DNA from: Octopus bimaculoides
Lineage: Eukaryota
Length of the DNA stretch: 64,000 nucleotides
Direction of reading: 5' to 3'
Assembly (NCBI RefSeq): GCF_001194135.2
Contig: NC_068992.1
Span: 26,287,843 to 26,351,842, forward strand
The notes beneath the pieces are model-generated. The model did not search any database, had not been told where the DNA came from, and saw nothing but the letters and a program-made list of their open reading frames with translations. Positions 25,159 through 38,736 of the stretch are shown in pieces. A program made the position numbers and the translations under genes. Position 1 is the first letter of the stretch; each line of letters starts with the position of its first letter.

Positions 25159-26534
25159 TATAATGAATGGGGAAACAGAAAATGGATTTAGTGAGAGTGT
25201 TTATTCAGCACAACGCTCCTTTCGACCCATCCTGTATCTGTCCATTAAAGGTGCGATATAGTGCATCCAGTTACATCTATCAATGCAGGTTGTGTATGTA
25301 TATATACAAGATACTCATTTATATATATTCTTTTGTGTGAATGCGTAATTGCATGTGCCTTTGTGCGCGCGTGTGTGTGTTTGTTTCGTCAAATTATAAA
25401 TGATACTTATATAAAGATGATGTTGCTGTTGGCGTTGTTGACAAAGATTGATATTTTTATTAATAAGTAGTTTTACTATTAATAAAGTGGTTTATTTACT
25501 CATAATTTTTGTTCTCCTCTTCAATGTTGTTTGATTGTAAACACTTATTTGGTACAAACTAGTCAAATACGATTTTGTAGTGGGCGACATATTTTAGTTG
25601 CAATGTTATAACATTACATCTAAAATATAAAAAGATACATGATTGATATTGTTATTAAACATGTTTCTATTCTGTTCCAGGAGTCTAAGTATATAAGACG
25701 TTTTAGATATTATAGCATCTTAGATAGTATTTCTTCCACAGTGTATATTTCTCTATTTCTAAGATTTTAACGTGAGTATCGTCTGCCTGCAAATATCAGT
25801 ATGACGATTGACGAGCAATTTTATATAGTAAAATATTTCCAGTGAATTCTAATAATTACTGGATCAATTGATTTGTGAAGATTTATTCACATATATACGA
25901 CAATGAAATAGTATATATTTGCCATAGTTAATGCGCCAGTATCAATAATTTTGCTAGTATCAAAGTTAAGCATGATATTCGTCCTTGGGCAGCATCTATT
26001 ATTTCCTATTTGCTTACCACTGGAAGATATAAAAAATGGTTAACATTTCCTTCAATCTTTGCTTTTGTTACGTTTATTGAAACCCCCAAAATTCATCTTA
26101 ACACATAGCTATGTTGTATCCCAACTACTCCTCCTCAAGCCTCTGAGTGGCAAATCTGTGATATTGAGGAGAATATTTTTTATAAAGATATTTCTGCTTT
26201 AGCAACTCAGCGCTAAATCTGTCTGAAATTTAATGGAAAATAGGTTAGTTTGAAAACATTGATGTCCATGTCACAAACTTTGACGGGAATAGTAGTCATT
26301 TCCTTTGATTTCTAGAACGAAGCAAATAGAAAATAACACGTACTGACCAAAGACAAAAAAAGAAATTAAAATTTTGTTACACAGTGAAATATACTTGCTT
26401 CATAGTTAATATGATGAACTCTGCCGTTTTCCGAGATGTTTGCTATGATCCTTGTAAACAGGTTTTCGTAAAATGTTACAGTACAATAGAATAAACACTT
26501 ATAGTAATGCAAGTTCAAGGACGAGCGAAAGTAT

Positions 26535-26920
26535 ATAAACTAACTGCTTGTGCCACCGCTATAGTTTATTAAAAGGCATTCGATATCTTTGATATGCATT
26601 CTATGCCGAAGTTACTCAAGATAAAATGAGTCGGGGGAAAACATGTGAGGTTTGTCATAAAAGCAAACAAGAGTACCACAGACATTACTCTGCTGTCAAC
26701 TTTCGCAATAATTCCATTTGCAAATGGTGTAAAACAAGTAAATACCATTTCTTCAAAACGCTTGACCACATACCTCTAAATAGTCATGTAAAACATCTAA
26801 TGGACAGGAATCATTAAAATCTCTAGCGAACACGTGACATATCTCCAATATGTAGACGATACCATCCTCATTGCAGAAACGCCTTATGTGTTGCAGAACT
26901 TGATGAGAGAGGTGGACACT
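26535..26920 (+). mobile_element. Decayed RTE-type LINE reverse transcriptase fragment
   Basis: One frame with several stops: KAFD...NGVKQVNTISSKRL...IKISSEHVTYLQYVDDTILIAE...LQNLMRE (KAFD, GVKQG-like and YADD-like RT motifs). Confidence 0.7.
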
Positions 26921-29150
26921 CGAAAGATAAATTTGTAAAACATAGTTGTTTTTTAGTACTAGTTGAGTTCTAATGATCAAGCTGTTCTTTCATCAAATGC
27001 GTTTTCTATATTATGTCCTAACCTATTCAGATATAATGCCATAGAAGTAACAAATTGCACCTTTGTAGTTTTTAAGCGTAGAGCGTGTGATACAAAGAAG
27101 GTCTAGGTACCATTAATAGTAGGCCATATAACCACGTACAGCCTTACTGGTTAGATGGAGTAAACGTATCTTTAAACATATTCTAATATTGTTATCTTGG
27201 CATTTTAATAAACGTATTTTGATAGAATTGAGGATAGTCTTGTGTAAAGTAATACGTGTGGGGAACATAACTACAGTTTGAAAACTGTCTTTCGGTGCAC
27301 TTAGCTTGTAATTTTTTTTTAATTATCAAAGATTTCATGCATAGCAGTATGCTGTTGATTAACCTGGGTCGTTGTTATCATCTGAAGAGAAAGAGCCAGT
27401 ATTAAATGAAATATCACTTTTGTGAAGTAAAATGTTGTATATGCGTCACATTGAAACTCGCAAGAAATATGCACACTAAGGAGAATTCGCGTGTTTCTAT
27501 ATTTTATTTCACTACAATATAATTTGATTATCAAATTGTTGTTGAACGTTAGCAAACAAAATTATTATAATAAAGTATCAATATTAAAATATCAATCCAA
27601 AATAACGAAGGTTACACTAATTAGCGCAGTACATGAAGATGTGACAGGGTCATTATATCCTCCAAAATTCTGATCGAAATGCTCTTCTGTCTCATATATA
27701 AAAGTCCAAGGTACATGTAAACAATCTTGGTATCATAAGCTTATGAAGACCGACATTTGTTTGAGTGTTAAGCGTACATTTAGTCATTCTGTATGTATTT
27801 CAGGCTGTGTTTCCTTTATTCTGAATATAATCTCTGCACTTTGCTGTAAATGACAGTTATGTTCAACTGGTATTGTAACCCTTAAGGATTGATTTTAAAC
27901 AAACTTCTATTCATAGAATCCACATACCTTTATACTACAATACTATTAATTATGTTTCTATACGCTCGTCTTAAACCTGCCTATGATTAACATGGTATTT
28001 TCTTACGAAGACAATCTTCTAAAATTTAATAAAATCATAGCTAGTGTATAGCCTATCGCATCGCTTATTGAATCCATTGTAGTTGTCATTCATTTATATT
28101 TAGTGAATGTATGCCCAAGTTTTTATCATGCCCAGCTTCGAAAACTTATAGAATTTATATCTAAACTTGAATGATGGAAATTATGTAATTTCTAAAGATT
28201 TTAATTTGTGCTTCTTTTTGTTTTATTGTAACAGTTGTGTTCATAGGAATTCTTGAAACGAAGTTTTAGTAAACTTTTACAACTGTATCCACAAGAGAAA
28301 TAAATATTCTCTCATAAGCCGGTCTCAATGACAGCACTATGCTAACTTGTTAGGAATATTGACTTTGCAAACACACTTTCAGAACGAATAAAGATACATT
28401 GACAGAAAGAAAAAAATATGTTACTCGTATTTGAAATGGTTTTAATTAATCATTTAGAATTTAGATTGCTGAACGGTACGGAAATATATTATGCTTTGTA
28501 AAACAAATTATCGCTATTCTGGGCGACTGAATAGATAATATCAGAAAATTGTCTGTAGAGCTTTTAAACTAATGCCAACCTAAGTGATTGATATTCCAGA
28601 CGTTAATGTGTATTGTAAATGAAATACGTTAATCCTACCATTTAATGTATGATCTATGTTCCTTTTTCATAAAATAGATTTTTATAAACAAAGAATACTT
28701 ATACAAATTAGGTATAGCTATGATAATATACAACGTGTGATATATTATATATATATATATATTTCCTTGCATGAGGTATTGTATTTGTTGCCCACGTCTA
28801 GCTCTGGTTTGAATGTCAAAGGTTTTCCAGTAGAAACCATATTGCTTTTTTCATTAAAAGTTATTCTAAGATATATTTCAGGGAAATTTGGGTGTTATTT
28901 TTCATTAATCAAGCTGGTTTTTAGAAACTCTTTTGTTCCTTCTTTGCTTACAGAATAAGTCATAATTCTTACTCATTTGTGAAACCATAAATTGCATATG
29001 GGCTTAAGAATGTTTTCCTTTTTTTTTTCTTTTCTAAATTCTATTTTCCGTAGTTTTCAAAGAGAGTCCACTCTGTGCCGTCGTTGTACAGTCAGTTTCC
29101 TCCACCAAGTCTAGGTCTTGTATTACAAACGATACAAATATTGCGTTCAC

Positions 29151-29183
29151 CATTGGAAATTCATTGGAAATTCATTGGAAATT
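29151..29183. repeat. 11-bp tandem repeat CATTGGAAATT x3
   Basis: Three exact copies starting at 29151, 29162 and 29173. Confidence 0.9.
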
Positions 29184-29592
29184 CCGACTCTCTCAGGTTT
29201 TGATTATGATGGAATTTCATTTGTCACGTGACTTTCTTTTTGGATCCTGATTGCATTTAACGATCATTATGTGACTGCAGGTGGGCAGTTATTGTGTTAA
29301 GTAGGTTTTGTGAGCGATGCGCATAACTTTTCGGGATGATTTGTTCTTGTGTGTGTGTAGAATATGGCATATTTAACACCTTAGTCAGAAATCTATTTTG
29401 AAATGGCTGAGTGTTGTTTGTTTAGTACGGTCGTCATTTTAGCTGACGATGATTGTATAAGAAGTGTATTCTGTGTAGTGGATATATTGTTCGAACTGGG
29501 CTATTATATTGAATGTTTCTTGCGCAGGATGTCACTTCTATTTTAAAGCATTGTATAATATCGGGAACCCTAATATGGTGTACATGTTTTTA

Positions 29593-30500
29593 CGAAAGTG
29601 GGTCTAAAAGTTCATACTTCATAGACTATGAAAGTGTCAAGCTAAAGCTATAAAATCTTGCGTGCATTACTTCCAAATCTTCCTTTTAATAACTGCGTTT
29701 GTTTTGCTTCAGGTAAACTGACACCTCACTGTCAAAGAAGACTTCAAAAGTAATTAGTAGCAAACGTCTCTCGAAAATAGACAAAATTTGACATCGTGGT
29801 TTTATCACGTACCCTCCACCCTCAAAGACATTCATGTTCATATAGTTGCTGTATTACGGAATGACGCTACAGCTTTTATCAACAGTGCAAAAGTGGGCAG
29901 CTTAATGTTGGTGAGAAAGGGAGGATGTTGAAGATGGCAAGTGTCTCTACGGCCACCGGGGAAAACATTTACGTTTGATGACAGGTGATTGACTATAAAT
30001 CACATGACCATTTCTGTTAGCATACACCGTGAAAGAGTTGAGAATATTCTGCACAATACACTTGCAGCGACTAAGATTCCCACTCACTGTGTGGCACGTC
30101 TTCTGACACCTAATCAAAAGCGCACCAGGCTGGTAAGATCACAGGAAAATGTCACATTGTTTGAGATAGATCTGGCTGGTTTATTTGAACGTTTCCGAAG
30201 CCAGGATGAATGACAAAGAGACAATCCATGGAGTGGAAACACTTAGAAGGCCAAGGTAATTTCTGTTGAAGGAGGGTGATGCCCTTAGTTTTCGACGATG
30301 AAAAAGGCTTTGTATTTACTGAGTATCTTCAAAAGGGCCATACATTCAATGGAAAGTGCTATGCCAAATTGTTGAGGCGCATACGAAAGGCTAGGAAGAA
30401 CAAAATACCCAGGAAAACTGACGAAAGGGTTTTGTTTTATCAGGAAAATTCTCCAGCATACGGGGCTTTGCTTTCAATGTCCTTTAGTGATTGACATTAT
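29593..30500 (+). mobile_element. Decayed mariner, irritans-like, 3' truncated
   Basis: TA-CGAAAGTGGGTCTAAAAGTTC TIR-like start; pieces IDKI*HRGFITY, TVQKWAA, CVARLLTPNQKRTR, FDDEKGFVFTEYLQKGHTFNGKCYAKLL, VLFYQENSPAY. Confidence 0.8.
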
Positions 30501-30689
30501 GTATATCCCTGATTATGAACAGAGTAGTGAAAAAACATCATAATTAAGTGTTGAAGGGGATGCCTTGTGGTTTGAATAAATGTAAGCAAAGCAAAAGTTA
30601 AGGAAACTATTAGCCATTTTTCATATTTTCTAGGGGTACACAAATAGGAAATAACAGTTGCTACCCAACCAAAAACAAAAATGACAAAC

Positions 30690-30885
30690 AACGGGCATAG
30701 TAAAATGTCTGTGGTCTGTGGTTAAAACTTGGGACGACACGTACAAAACAAATTCTGCCGAGGTCGACCTTGCTTTCTTCTTATCAGTCAATAATATAAG
30801 TTGTGGTTGTGCACAGGAGTGGATATAAACAGTCCCATCCTGTGAAATTCTAGGCCTTATTCCAATAATTGAAAGAACTTTAAAT
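30690..30885 (+). mobile_element. SINE family B, diverged copy
   Basis: CAAATTCTGCCGAGGTCGACCTTGCTTT core; tail leads into ATT/TAG repeats. Confidence 0.6.
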
Positions 30886-30894
30886 ATTATTATT

Positions 30895-30899
30895 AGTAT

Positions 30900-30959
<60 letters not shown>

Positions 30960-30990
30960 TAGTAGTAGTAGTAGTACCAAAACCAGCAGC
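30895..30990. repeat. (TAG)n microsatellite grading into CAG units
   Basis: Directly visible. Confidence 0.9.
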
Positions 30991-31763
30991 AGCAGCTATT
31001 CGCTTATTGCTGCTCTTTTATGTGTGCATCGATTCAGCTACAGAAAACATAAAAAAACTCATATATTCCATTACACTGGACAAGTTATACAGAAGAAGAA
31101 AAAAAATCTGTTTTTTCAAGTTATTAAATAAAAAAAATAAAAACAATGTAAATTACAAAATAAAATACAACACGAAGAAAAGAAGAGCAACATTCTTTCT
31201 CATTCCAAGAAAGTAAAGTAAAATAAAAATAAAAAAATAGCTCAAGTAAGGAAAACTTATTAAAACAATAGAATACATGCAATATGTTGAAGCAGAATAT
31301 AAGAAAGAAAAATATGTAACTTTCGCTATACATATACACACACACGCGCAAACACACAAATACACACAGACACACATTTGTGTATATATATATATATATA
31401 TATNNNNNNNNNNNNNNNNNNNNNNNNNNNNNNNNNNNNNNNNNNNNNNNNNNNNNNNNNNNNNNNNNNNNNNNNNNNNNNNNNNNNNNNNNNNNNNNNN
31501 NNNNNNNNNNNNNNNNNNNNNNNNNNNNNNNNNNNNNNNNNNNNNNNNNNNNNNNNNNNNNNNNNNNNNNNNNNNNNNNNNNNNNNNNNNNNNNNNNNNN
31601 NNNNNNNNNNNNNNNNNNNNNNNNNNNNNNNNNNNNNNNNNNNNNNNNNNNNNNNNNNNNNNNNNNNNNNNNNNNNNNNNNNNNNNNNNNNNNNNNNNNN
31701 NNNNNNNNNNNNNNNNNNNNNNNNNNNNNNNNNNNNNNNNNNNNNNNNNNNNNNNNNNNNNNN

Positions 31764-31799
<36 letters not shown>

Positions 31800-32169
31800 A
31801 TAACATTTGCTTAAGCATATAGCATTTCTTGAAAGTCTTCTAAAGTTTCCCATCGACTGTAAATAATGGCAACGTCAACGATCTGCACATTCAGACACCA
31901 TTAGCAGCGCTACATGGAACTGTCCTCAGTGCAAATGTTTGGACAGGCAGTATAATGCACACAGATAGCTAACATTCTTCGTTATCAATGCGATGTAATT
32001 TCCGTTGGTTTGCTTGCATTCATGAACTGTTTATCGATTACAGATGAATTCATCGTAAAGTTTGTACGGACGAAGAGAGTTTTGACAAACATACTTTTAC
32101 ACGAAAAGGAGAAATGGACTTATTGCTGATCTCTTTTTCAATATTCAATTTTGGCATACAGTTGATATC

Positions 32170-32210
<41 letters not shown>

Positions 32211-32239
32211 TATTATTACTATAAATAATAATGGTGATG

Positions 32240-32451
32240 ATTTCAAATTTTGGCACAAGTCCAGCAGTTTAGGGGGAGGTGGTAAGTCGTTTACATCGAT
32301 CTCAGCGGTCAACTAGTATTCATTTCATAGACACTCTAGAGGATGAAAGGCAAGGTCGACCTCGGTGGAATTTGAACTCAGAACGCAAAGACAGATGAAA
32401 GGCAGCCAAATATTTTGCACGATGTGCTAACGATTCTGCCAGCTTGCTGCC
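32240..32451 (-). mobile_element. SINE family B copy between (AAT)n tracts
   Basis: Minus strand GGCAGCAAGCTGGCAGAATCGTTAGCAC, GAGTTCAAATTCCACCGAGGTCGACCTTGCC, tail TTGTGCCAAAATTTGAAATCATC. Confidence 0.8.
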
Positions 32452-32459
32452 TAATAATA

Positions 32460-33445
32460 ATAAAGGAACTTCGAAGGGGATTAATATCAGTAGAAGACTG
32501 CGTGGAGTGAGTTAGAGTAGCTATAGCCTCCTATATAAGTAATAGTGAAGAAAGCTTATTAAGAGCTACTAGAATCAAAGTATGACATAAGGAAACCGAA
32601 AAGACAAATGAAGTTACAAGCTAGAAAAAAAGAAGAAAGATTATTTGATTGGCAAGTAAAGGCTGTGCATGGTAGATTCTCAAAGATAATTACAGGAAAT
32701 ATGGTTATGGTTGCAAAACAGAAGGCTGAAAAGGAAGACAGAAAGTTTATTAGTAGTAGCACAATATCAGCCATTAAGGTCTAATTGGATAAAAGCCAAG
32801 ATAGACAGAAAAAAAACTAAGTGGATTCCTAATGTAGGTTATGCAAGTCAAAAGAGGAAAGTGTTACTTATATAGTAAGTGAATTTAGCATGCTGGCAGA
32901 GAAAAAAACAAGAAAAGACATGACAACCTAGTGAGAATGATCCACTGGGCGTTATATAGGAAGCTAGGATTTGACCATAATGATAAATGGTATGAACATG
33001 AACTTAGTAAAGTACGAGAAAGTAAGAAATATAAGAAGTTGTGAGACTTTAACTTGGGACAGTGTAATAGGAGCTAGAAGACTTGCTTTAGTAGTAGTAG
33101 ACAAAGAGAATAGAAAGTGTCAGATATTTGATATTTTGATGTCAATATGAGAAGTAAAGAGAAAATAACAAAGTATCAGGATCTAAACATTGTGTTACAG
33201 AGACTATGGAAAGTTCGAGAAAAAAGTATCCCTGTAGTTATAGGTGCATTAGGAACTACTCCTAAAGATTTGAATAAATATATAGAAGAAATAGGCACAA
33301 AACCCAGTATAGTACAGTCCCAGAAAACAGTGTTACTAGGGACAGCTAGAATAGTTAGGAGAATTCTTAACATCTACGGTTACTTGTAGCCCGGTGTCAG
33401 GAAACTTTCTTTTCCAACAGCCTAATCTGTTGTGCGCATATCAAA
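32460..33445 (+). mobile_element. R4/Dong-type LINE 3' fragment (zinc knuckle plus RLE), decayed
   Basis: RRGLISVEDCVE, WQVKAVHGRF, CRLCKSKEESVTYIVSE, HDNLVRMIHW, KEKITKYQDL...IPVVIGALG...QKTVLLGTARIVRRIL; 5' end abuts AATAATAAT and 3' end runs into (AAC)n(AAT)n. Confidence 0.85.
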
Positions 33446-33473
33446 TAACAATAACAACAACAACAACAACAGC

Positions 33474-33512
<39 letters not shown>

Positions 33513-33515
33513 AAA

Positions 33516-33548
<33 letters not shown>

Positions 33549-33549
<1 letters not shown>

Positions 33550-33720
33550 TGGATCAAATAGGGGCTGCAATAAGGGTGAAGCACTTGTAGAAAACAGCAT
33601 TGTTGGAACCGCTCGAATCCTCCGGAAGGTGCTCGAAAAATAAGGGGTGTTACCTTAGTTCTCTGGTAGTGAAGAGCTGACACTGTAGTACATCCTCAGC
33701 ATTATAAGCTGTGCAAAGTC
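33549..33720 (+). mobile_element. Short 3'-terminal R4/Dong-type LINE copy embedded in (AAT)n
   Basis: MDQIGAAIRV(K)HL*KTALLGTARILRKVLEK* plus 3' UTR; (AAT)n directly on both sides. Confidence 0.8.
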
Positions 33721-33781
<61 letters not shown>

Positions 33782-33791
33782 GTGATGATGG

Positions 33792-33822
<31 letters not shown>

Positions 33823-36817
33823 AGACCTTTCATCACAAGGAACAAGTGGGATTTGGCCCAAGAATTCGTGTACCCTATATAACAATAAGACAAAAAGAAT
33901 TAACAATAAAAATTTAGCAATGAAAATCCTCATAAGGCGGTGTGTTCAACCCAAGGGCAACCAAAGAACACCACACGTTCTGATCATCCCGACCACCAAA
34001 CGCACATCAGGCATGAAACTCTGCTTCTGAATCCCTCCAACATCCAAGTGTATATTTACATTTAGTCCATTGACATGGGCCACGTTCCCGAAGTTCACCC
34101 ACCTCTCAGAAAAAATACTGAGATGCAGTAATTCCCTTGGGTGGTCACATCCATAGATAGTAATCTGAGGCCATTGAGCGGGTGACCTTGCTTCTAGGGG
34201 GACACTAAGCCATGAACATTTATACAACCTAATTTTAAACCCGCCATAATGACCGGAAAGAGACTGGAGGAGAAACAAAGGGGTCTACTTACATAACGGG
34301 TGCCGGTGGCGGTCACGTGGTTCAACATCCATAAATTTTGGGATCGGTTGGCTGATCTTTTCCCTCAGAACTTTTGGTTCGGGGTCAATGGATATTTTCC
34401 AGAAATCCCGAAATTTTATTTGGGAACTCTCTTAAAAAGCTACTCCTGGCTTTTAGACTAGGGATTCCTACGTCGTAAACGAAGCTCTCCCTAATGATTT
34501 TATATGTTCTCAAAGGCATCCGCACCATCATTATTGTTTCTGGTACTTGAACGGAGCTATTATTGAAGATCACTCTCTCTCTCTCTCTCTCTCTCTCGAT
34601 GTCCCTCCTACACGCTATAAGAGCCATCAATTCTTTGTTGGCCCTCCTCACAAGCACTACATTTTGTGTTTGTGTGTTCGGTTGTTGCTGCTAGGGTGTT
34701 TGCTTCGTTGGCTGTTGCAATTGTAGTGTTGATAAAACTGGTTGCGATTGCGATATATATGTTGACGGAGATTAATCCCAACCAAACGACAATATATTCG
34801 TTTATCTTATAACCACTTTTCGTTGTGACATAATCTGTTATTAAATCCTCAAAATTCCATCAAACTTCTGCGGTGATGATACTGAAGAATGAAGTCAAAT
34901 GAATCGGTGGCCACGTTGCAGACGTAGAAGGAAACACTTTTTTACTACATTAGCTGCTATACCCATGCATTAAAAAGAAAAGTGAATATAACATGTTTGT
35001 ATGTTCACAAACAACAAATATAAAAATTCCATGACATAAATATTTAAGATTCGATATTCGGTCCCAGTTCAAAACATTTGCCAAACAAGTACGAATCTGT
35101 TAACCATTTTTAATTACTTAAAATATTAATATTTGTAATATTTTACCATGTATGAATCAACGCAATATTTGAGAGGGCAAAAAATTTGAAAACTGTCACG
35201 AATATGTTTGAATCACAATAATTTTCTATTGTGCAATGAAAAACCAAAATATAAAATTGCATTGGTTGGTGTGAATTCAGTAAACGTCGTTATACAATAA
35301 AGCATCAGTAAAGATTTTTACGATGATTTTAATGGATATTTCTGTTATTGAATAATAATGTCACTGTTTACATTGGAACGCATTTTTCTTAATTATACCC
35401 TGATATAAATAAAAATTCTTTAATATATTGCTTCAGTATTCCTCATAAAGTATATATAGATCTGACACATCTGCGATAAATATTGGAAAGAGTTTTATGG
35501 TTTCTTCGCAATATTTTGGAATCTTATCTATTCTTCTTCTATCGCGTTTCACAACGTAAACACTCACGTTAAATATTCTGTGAGACATTACAACAGCTAA
35601 TATAGGTGTAAAGAAGTATTTTACAATTATCTAATATACATTTCGACAAATTATGTTTTGCAGCATTAAATCTTAAAGAAAATCCAAGAGAATTATGTTC
35701 TTTTAGCATAAAATAGAGGCTTAGCGACTAAGTGGTTTTGAATATTTGAAAAATACTGTATTAGTATTGGACTTGGGAATTATACAGATACATAGAAGCA
35801 ACATATGAGATAGTATGATGCAAATTTGCATCTGGAAAATTCTTAACATATATCAAACCCAAATATGAGGAGCTTTTAATAAAAAAAAATTACTTCGATA
35901 AAATTACCTCAGCGAGAGTCATTGCCGCATTTAAAATACAAACTTCATTAAACAAATTCAATTCTTAATTTATAAACATATCAAAAATCAACATGTTTCA
36001 TTGCTCATTCAACGCCAGTATTACATCAAATTTAGCTGTTTTTCAATATCTACTTTCTATTTATTGAAAAGGAATTGACGTATTCAAAGTTCATTATTTA
36101 CATTCTTTCATGATAATATTATATATCGTTAATTTGTCTGTCGGAAATCGAGAGAACTTCGCTCTTAAAGCGACGATTTAATGAGCATTTGGCGAAATAT
36201 TCGTTTGAAGAACTTTTCTTCAATTTCAAAATATCGCGTTACATCTCTACTTTTCTTTGTTCTTATGAGTTTAAAATTTTCTAACACAATTCGAACGCTA
36301 GGTAAATCTGGTAACTTCCACCTCGAACCAAATAATACTAATGCAGCCGAAAACTTCAAAACTAACGGAAGATTTATAAGTTGTAGATCTGCTGCATACA
36401 ACGGAAAATTTTCTCAAATTGGTCACTTCCTGAGAAGTGAGCACATTGTTCTCTTAATCGATTTAACAAAGCGTTGGTAGCGGAAGATAAGTGGGCTAAT
36501 CCGGTCATCTGGAACAGTTATAATGCAATTCAACACCTTAAAAGACAGAAACATCCTTTCCCACATTGTTAATTCCTCTTTATATCCGTGTCATTTAGTG
36601 TGAAGAATGTCAAAATATAATGATATTTCCTTATAGATATTTACGTTCTAGCATGACCTACGCCAAAGCAACAGACATTGATAATAAACTGCCTTGCTTC
36701 AGTATCAGATAAACGAAATCATTGAATGATATTATTAAAGTAAGTCATATATATTAGATTAATAATAGCTATTAAATTCTGCTCGCAAATACTTCATTTA
36801 GAGATGTCTTTGAATCT

Positions 36818-36871
<54 letters not shown>

Positions 36872-36872
36872 A

Positions 36873-36917
<45 letters not shown>

Positions 36918-36918
36918 C

Positions 36919-36957
<39 letters not shown>
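36818..36957. repeat. (ATCT)n-(CT)n-(TA)n-(TG)n compound microsatellite
   Basis: Directly visible. Confidence 0.9.
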
Positions 36958-36959
<2 letters not shown>

Positions 36960-37335
36960 ATGTTCCAAAAATCTGCCACAAACAATATAAAATTCGTAGC
37001 TAATTCCTCGTAAGAATTAGCGACACTATGCACAAAGGAATGGTCAGTCTATCCACATAGAAAGAACCGTGGCATTCTACCCTCAACTATACCATGTGAT
37101 ATTCCCCCTTCTGGAAGGTGAATGAGGCCTGCCATTTTGTGTATAGTGACTGGTTTAATGTAGAGTCACAGCTCAACACTAATTTCAGATTAAACTTCAC
37201 GACGCATCTGGTTTAACTCCAATAGACTGTAACTGCCTACCAACACGTGAGCCGCTAAAGTACAGTGTATCGCCGGAAAGGTTAATATTAATAAATGATC
37301 TTTAAAAGATCATAAAAGTACCGCACTTTTAACGA

Positions 37336-37747
37336 TGTCAGTGTTCACATTTTGTTGCACCAGCGGCGACGAGCCACTGGGAAGTGCTAGCGAACGTGCA
37401 AGACAAACACGAAAAGAAACACGACAGAATCTGGATATGCAGACAAAAGATAAAACATGTACAACGAAGAAAGTTTGTGCAGCCGCAAGATGAACGAATG
37501 TAGAGTAACGGAAAGAAAAAATGTACGGTAGAACTGGACAGCTGGAAAGTCACAACGAGAGAAGCTAAGAAAACAAACCGTGTAAAATAAAGCGGAGGAT
37601 CAGAGAGGAGCGTGATTGATCGAGTCAAAGGGAAGGCGGAAAGGGAAATGAACGAAAGAGATGTGAATGGTCAGAGAGGAAGGAGAAAAGAGAGGCGGAG
37701 GAAGGCAAGCGAGAGACAAAGAAAGACGGAAGACAAAGAAATAGACA
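37336..37747. mobile_element. Candidate solo LTR (about 412 bp)
   Basis: TGTC...GACA ends, AATAAA at 37586-37591, GC- and purine-richer than flanks; flanks ACGA and TCGC are not an exact TSD. Confidence 0.3.
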
Positions 37748-38517
37748 TCGCACAATAGTATCCAACTGAATATTCTACACAACGAGTAAAAGTGCGTAGA
37801 GTTACATTGAATGATGTTCCAAAAATTTAACAGAAACGTAACAGGTTATGGAAATAATATAATCCTATACTTCATGCGATGCATAAAAATGGCTTGATCT
37901 CATGAGCTTATAAAGTGGGCATAAATATTTTGGTTATGAATTTTGAAGCAAATTACTGAAGAAATATATTATGCAAACGATGTTCAATGTATGTAAGAAG
38001 ACTGAAGTAGTTATAATGCTATCAATATCATGCATAGAATAACATGGTTATGTAGAAAATTAAATCGAAAAAATGAATTGGAATACATTGTTACGAAGAT
38101 ATTGAAATATCATGGAAGAAATTCGAACAAATGGTAATTCTGAAATTTAGTATGCATATCATCAGATTCTCTGAATAAATATCAGTGACATTTATCATAT
38201 CAATATTTTAAAAATAACTAGCAACAACAAAATTTACAGACGGAATAAATACTTGAGTCATATATATGAAAAAAAAAGTGAGCGTCTTTCTATTTATTCC
38301 TGGTGCATTGGATCAGACCAAGAAGCCACCAGCAATGACGCGAAGTGCTTTAAACATTTCCAAAAATATTTCCTTGTGTGAACCTGACGTACACTTTAAA
38401 AACACATTACTTTATCGTTAACATTAGTATTCTTACTTCATAGGATGAGAAATGGAAAAATAGCGGCAAGAAAGGTCGCTGAATTGCAGCTACACAGCTG
38501 GAGATGATAACAATATA

Positions 38518-38736
38518 CGAGGGGTGCTAAAGAGCTCCTGGTTTTAAGGGTGTTGTGAAAGGCCTGGCTGGAGACCCAACCATCCGATTTTTTTTTTTAT
38601 ACGGCTTAAAATATCTGACCGAGCGCTGCAAAAAATGTGTGAATCTTAGAGAGTAATATGTTGAATAAAATCATAATTAACTGATCTGCCTGTATTTTCT
38701 TTTAACTAAAGTCAGGAACTTTTCAGCACCCACTCG
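38518..38736 (+). mobile_element. Mariner-derived MITE (internal deletion derivative, irritans-like)
   Basis: About 30-bp TIRs CGAGGGGTGCTAAAGAGCTCCTGGTTTTA and TAAAGTCAGGAACTTTTCAGCACCCACTCG, TA on both sides; keeps the transposase end KCVNLRE*YVE*. Confidence 0.85.
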
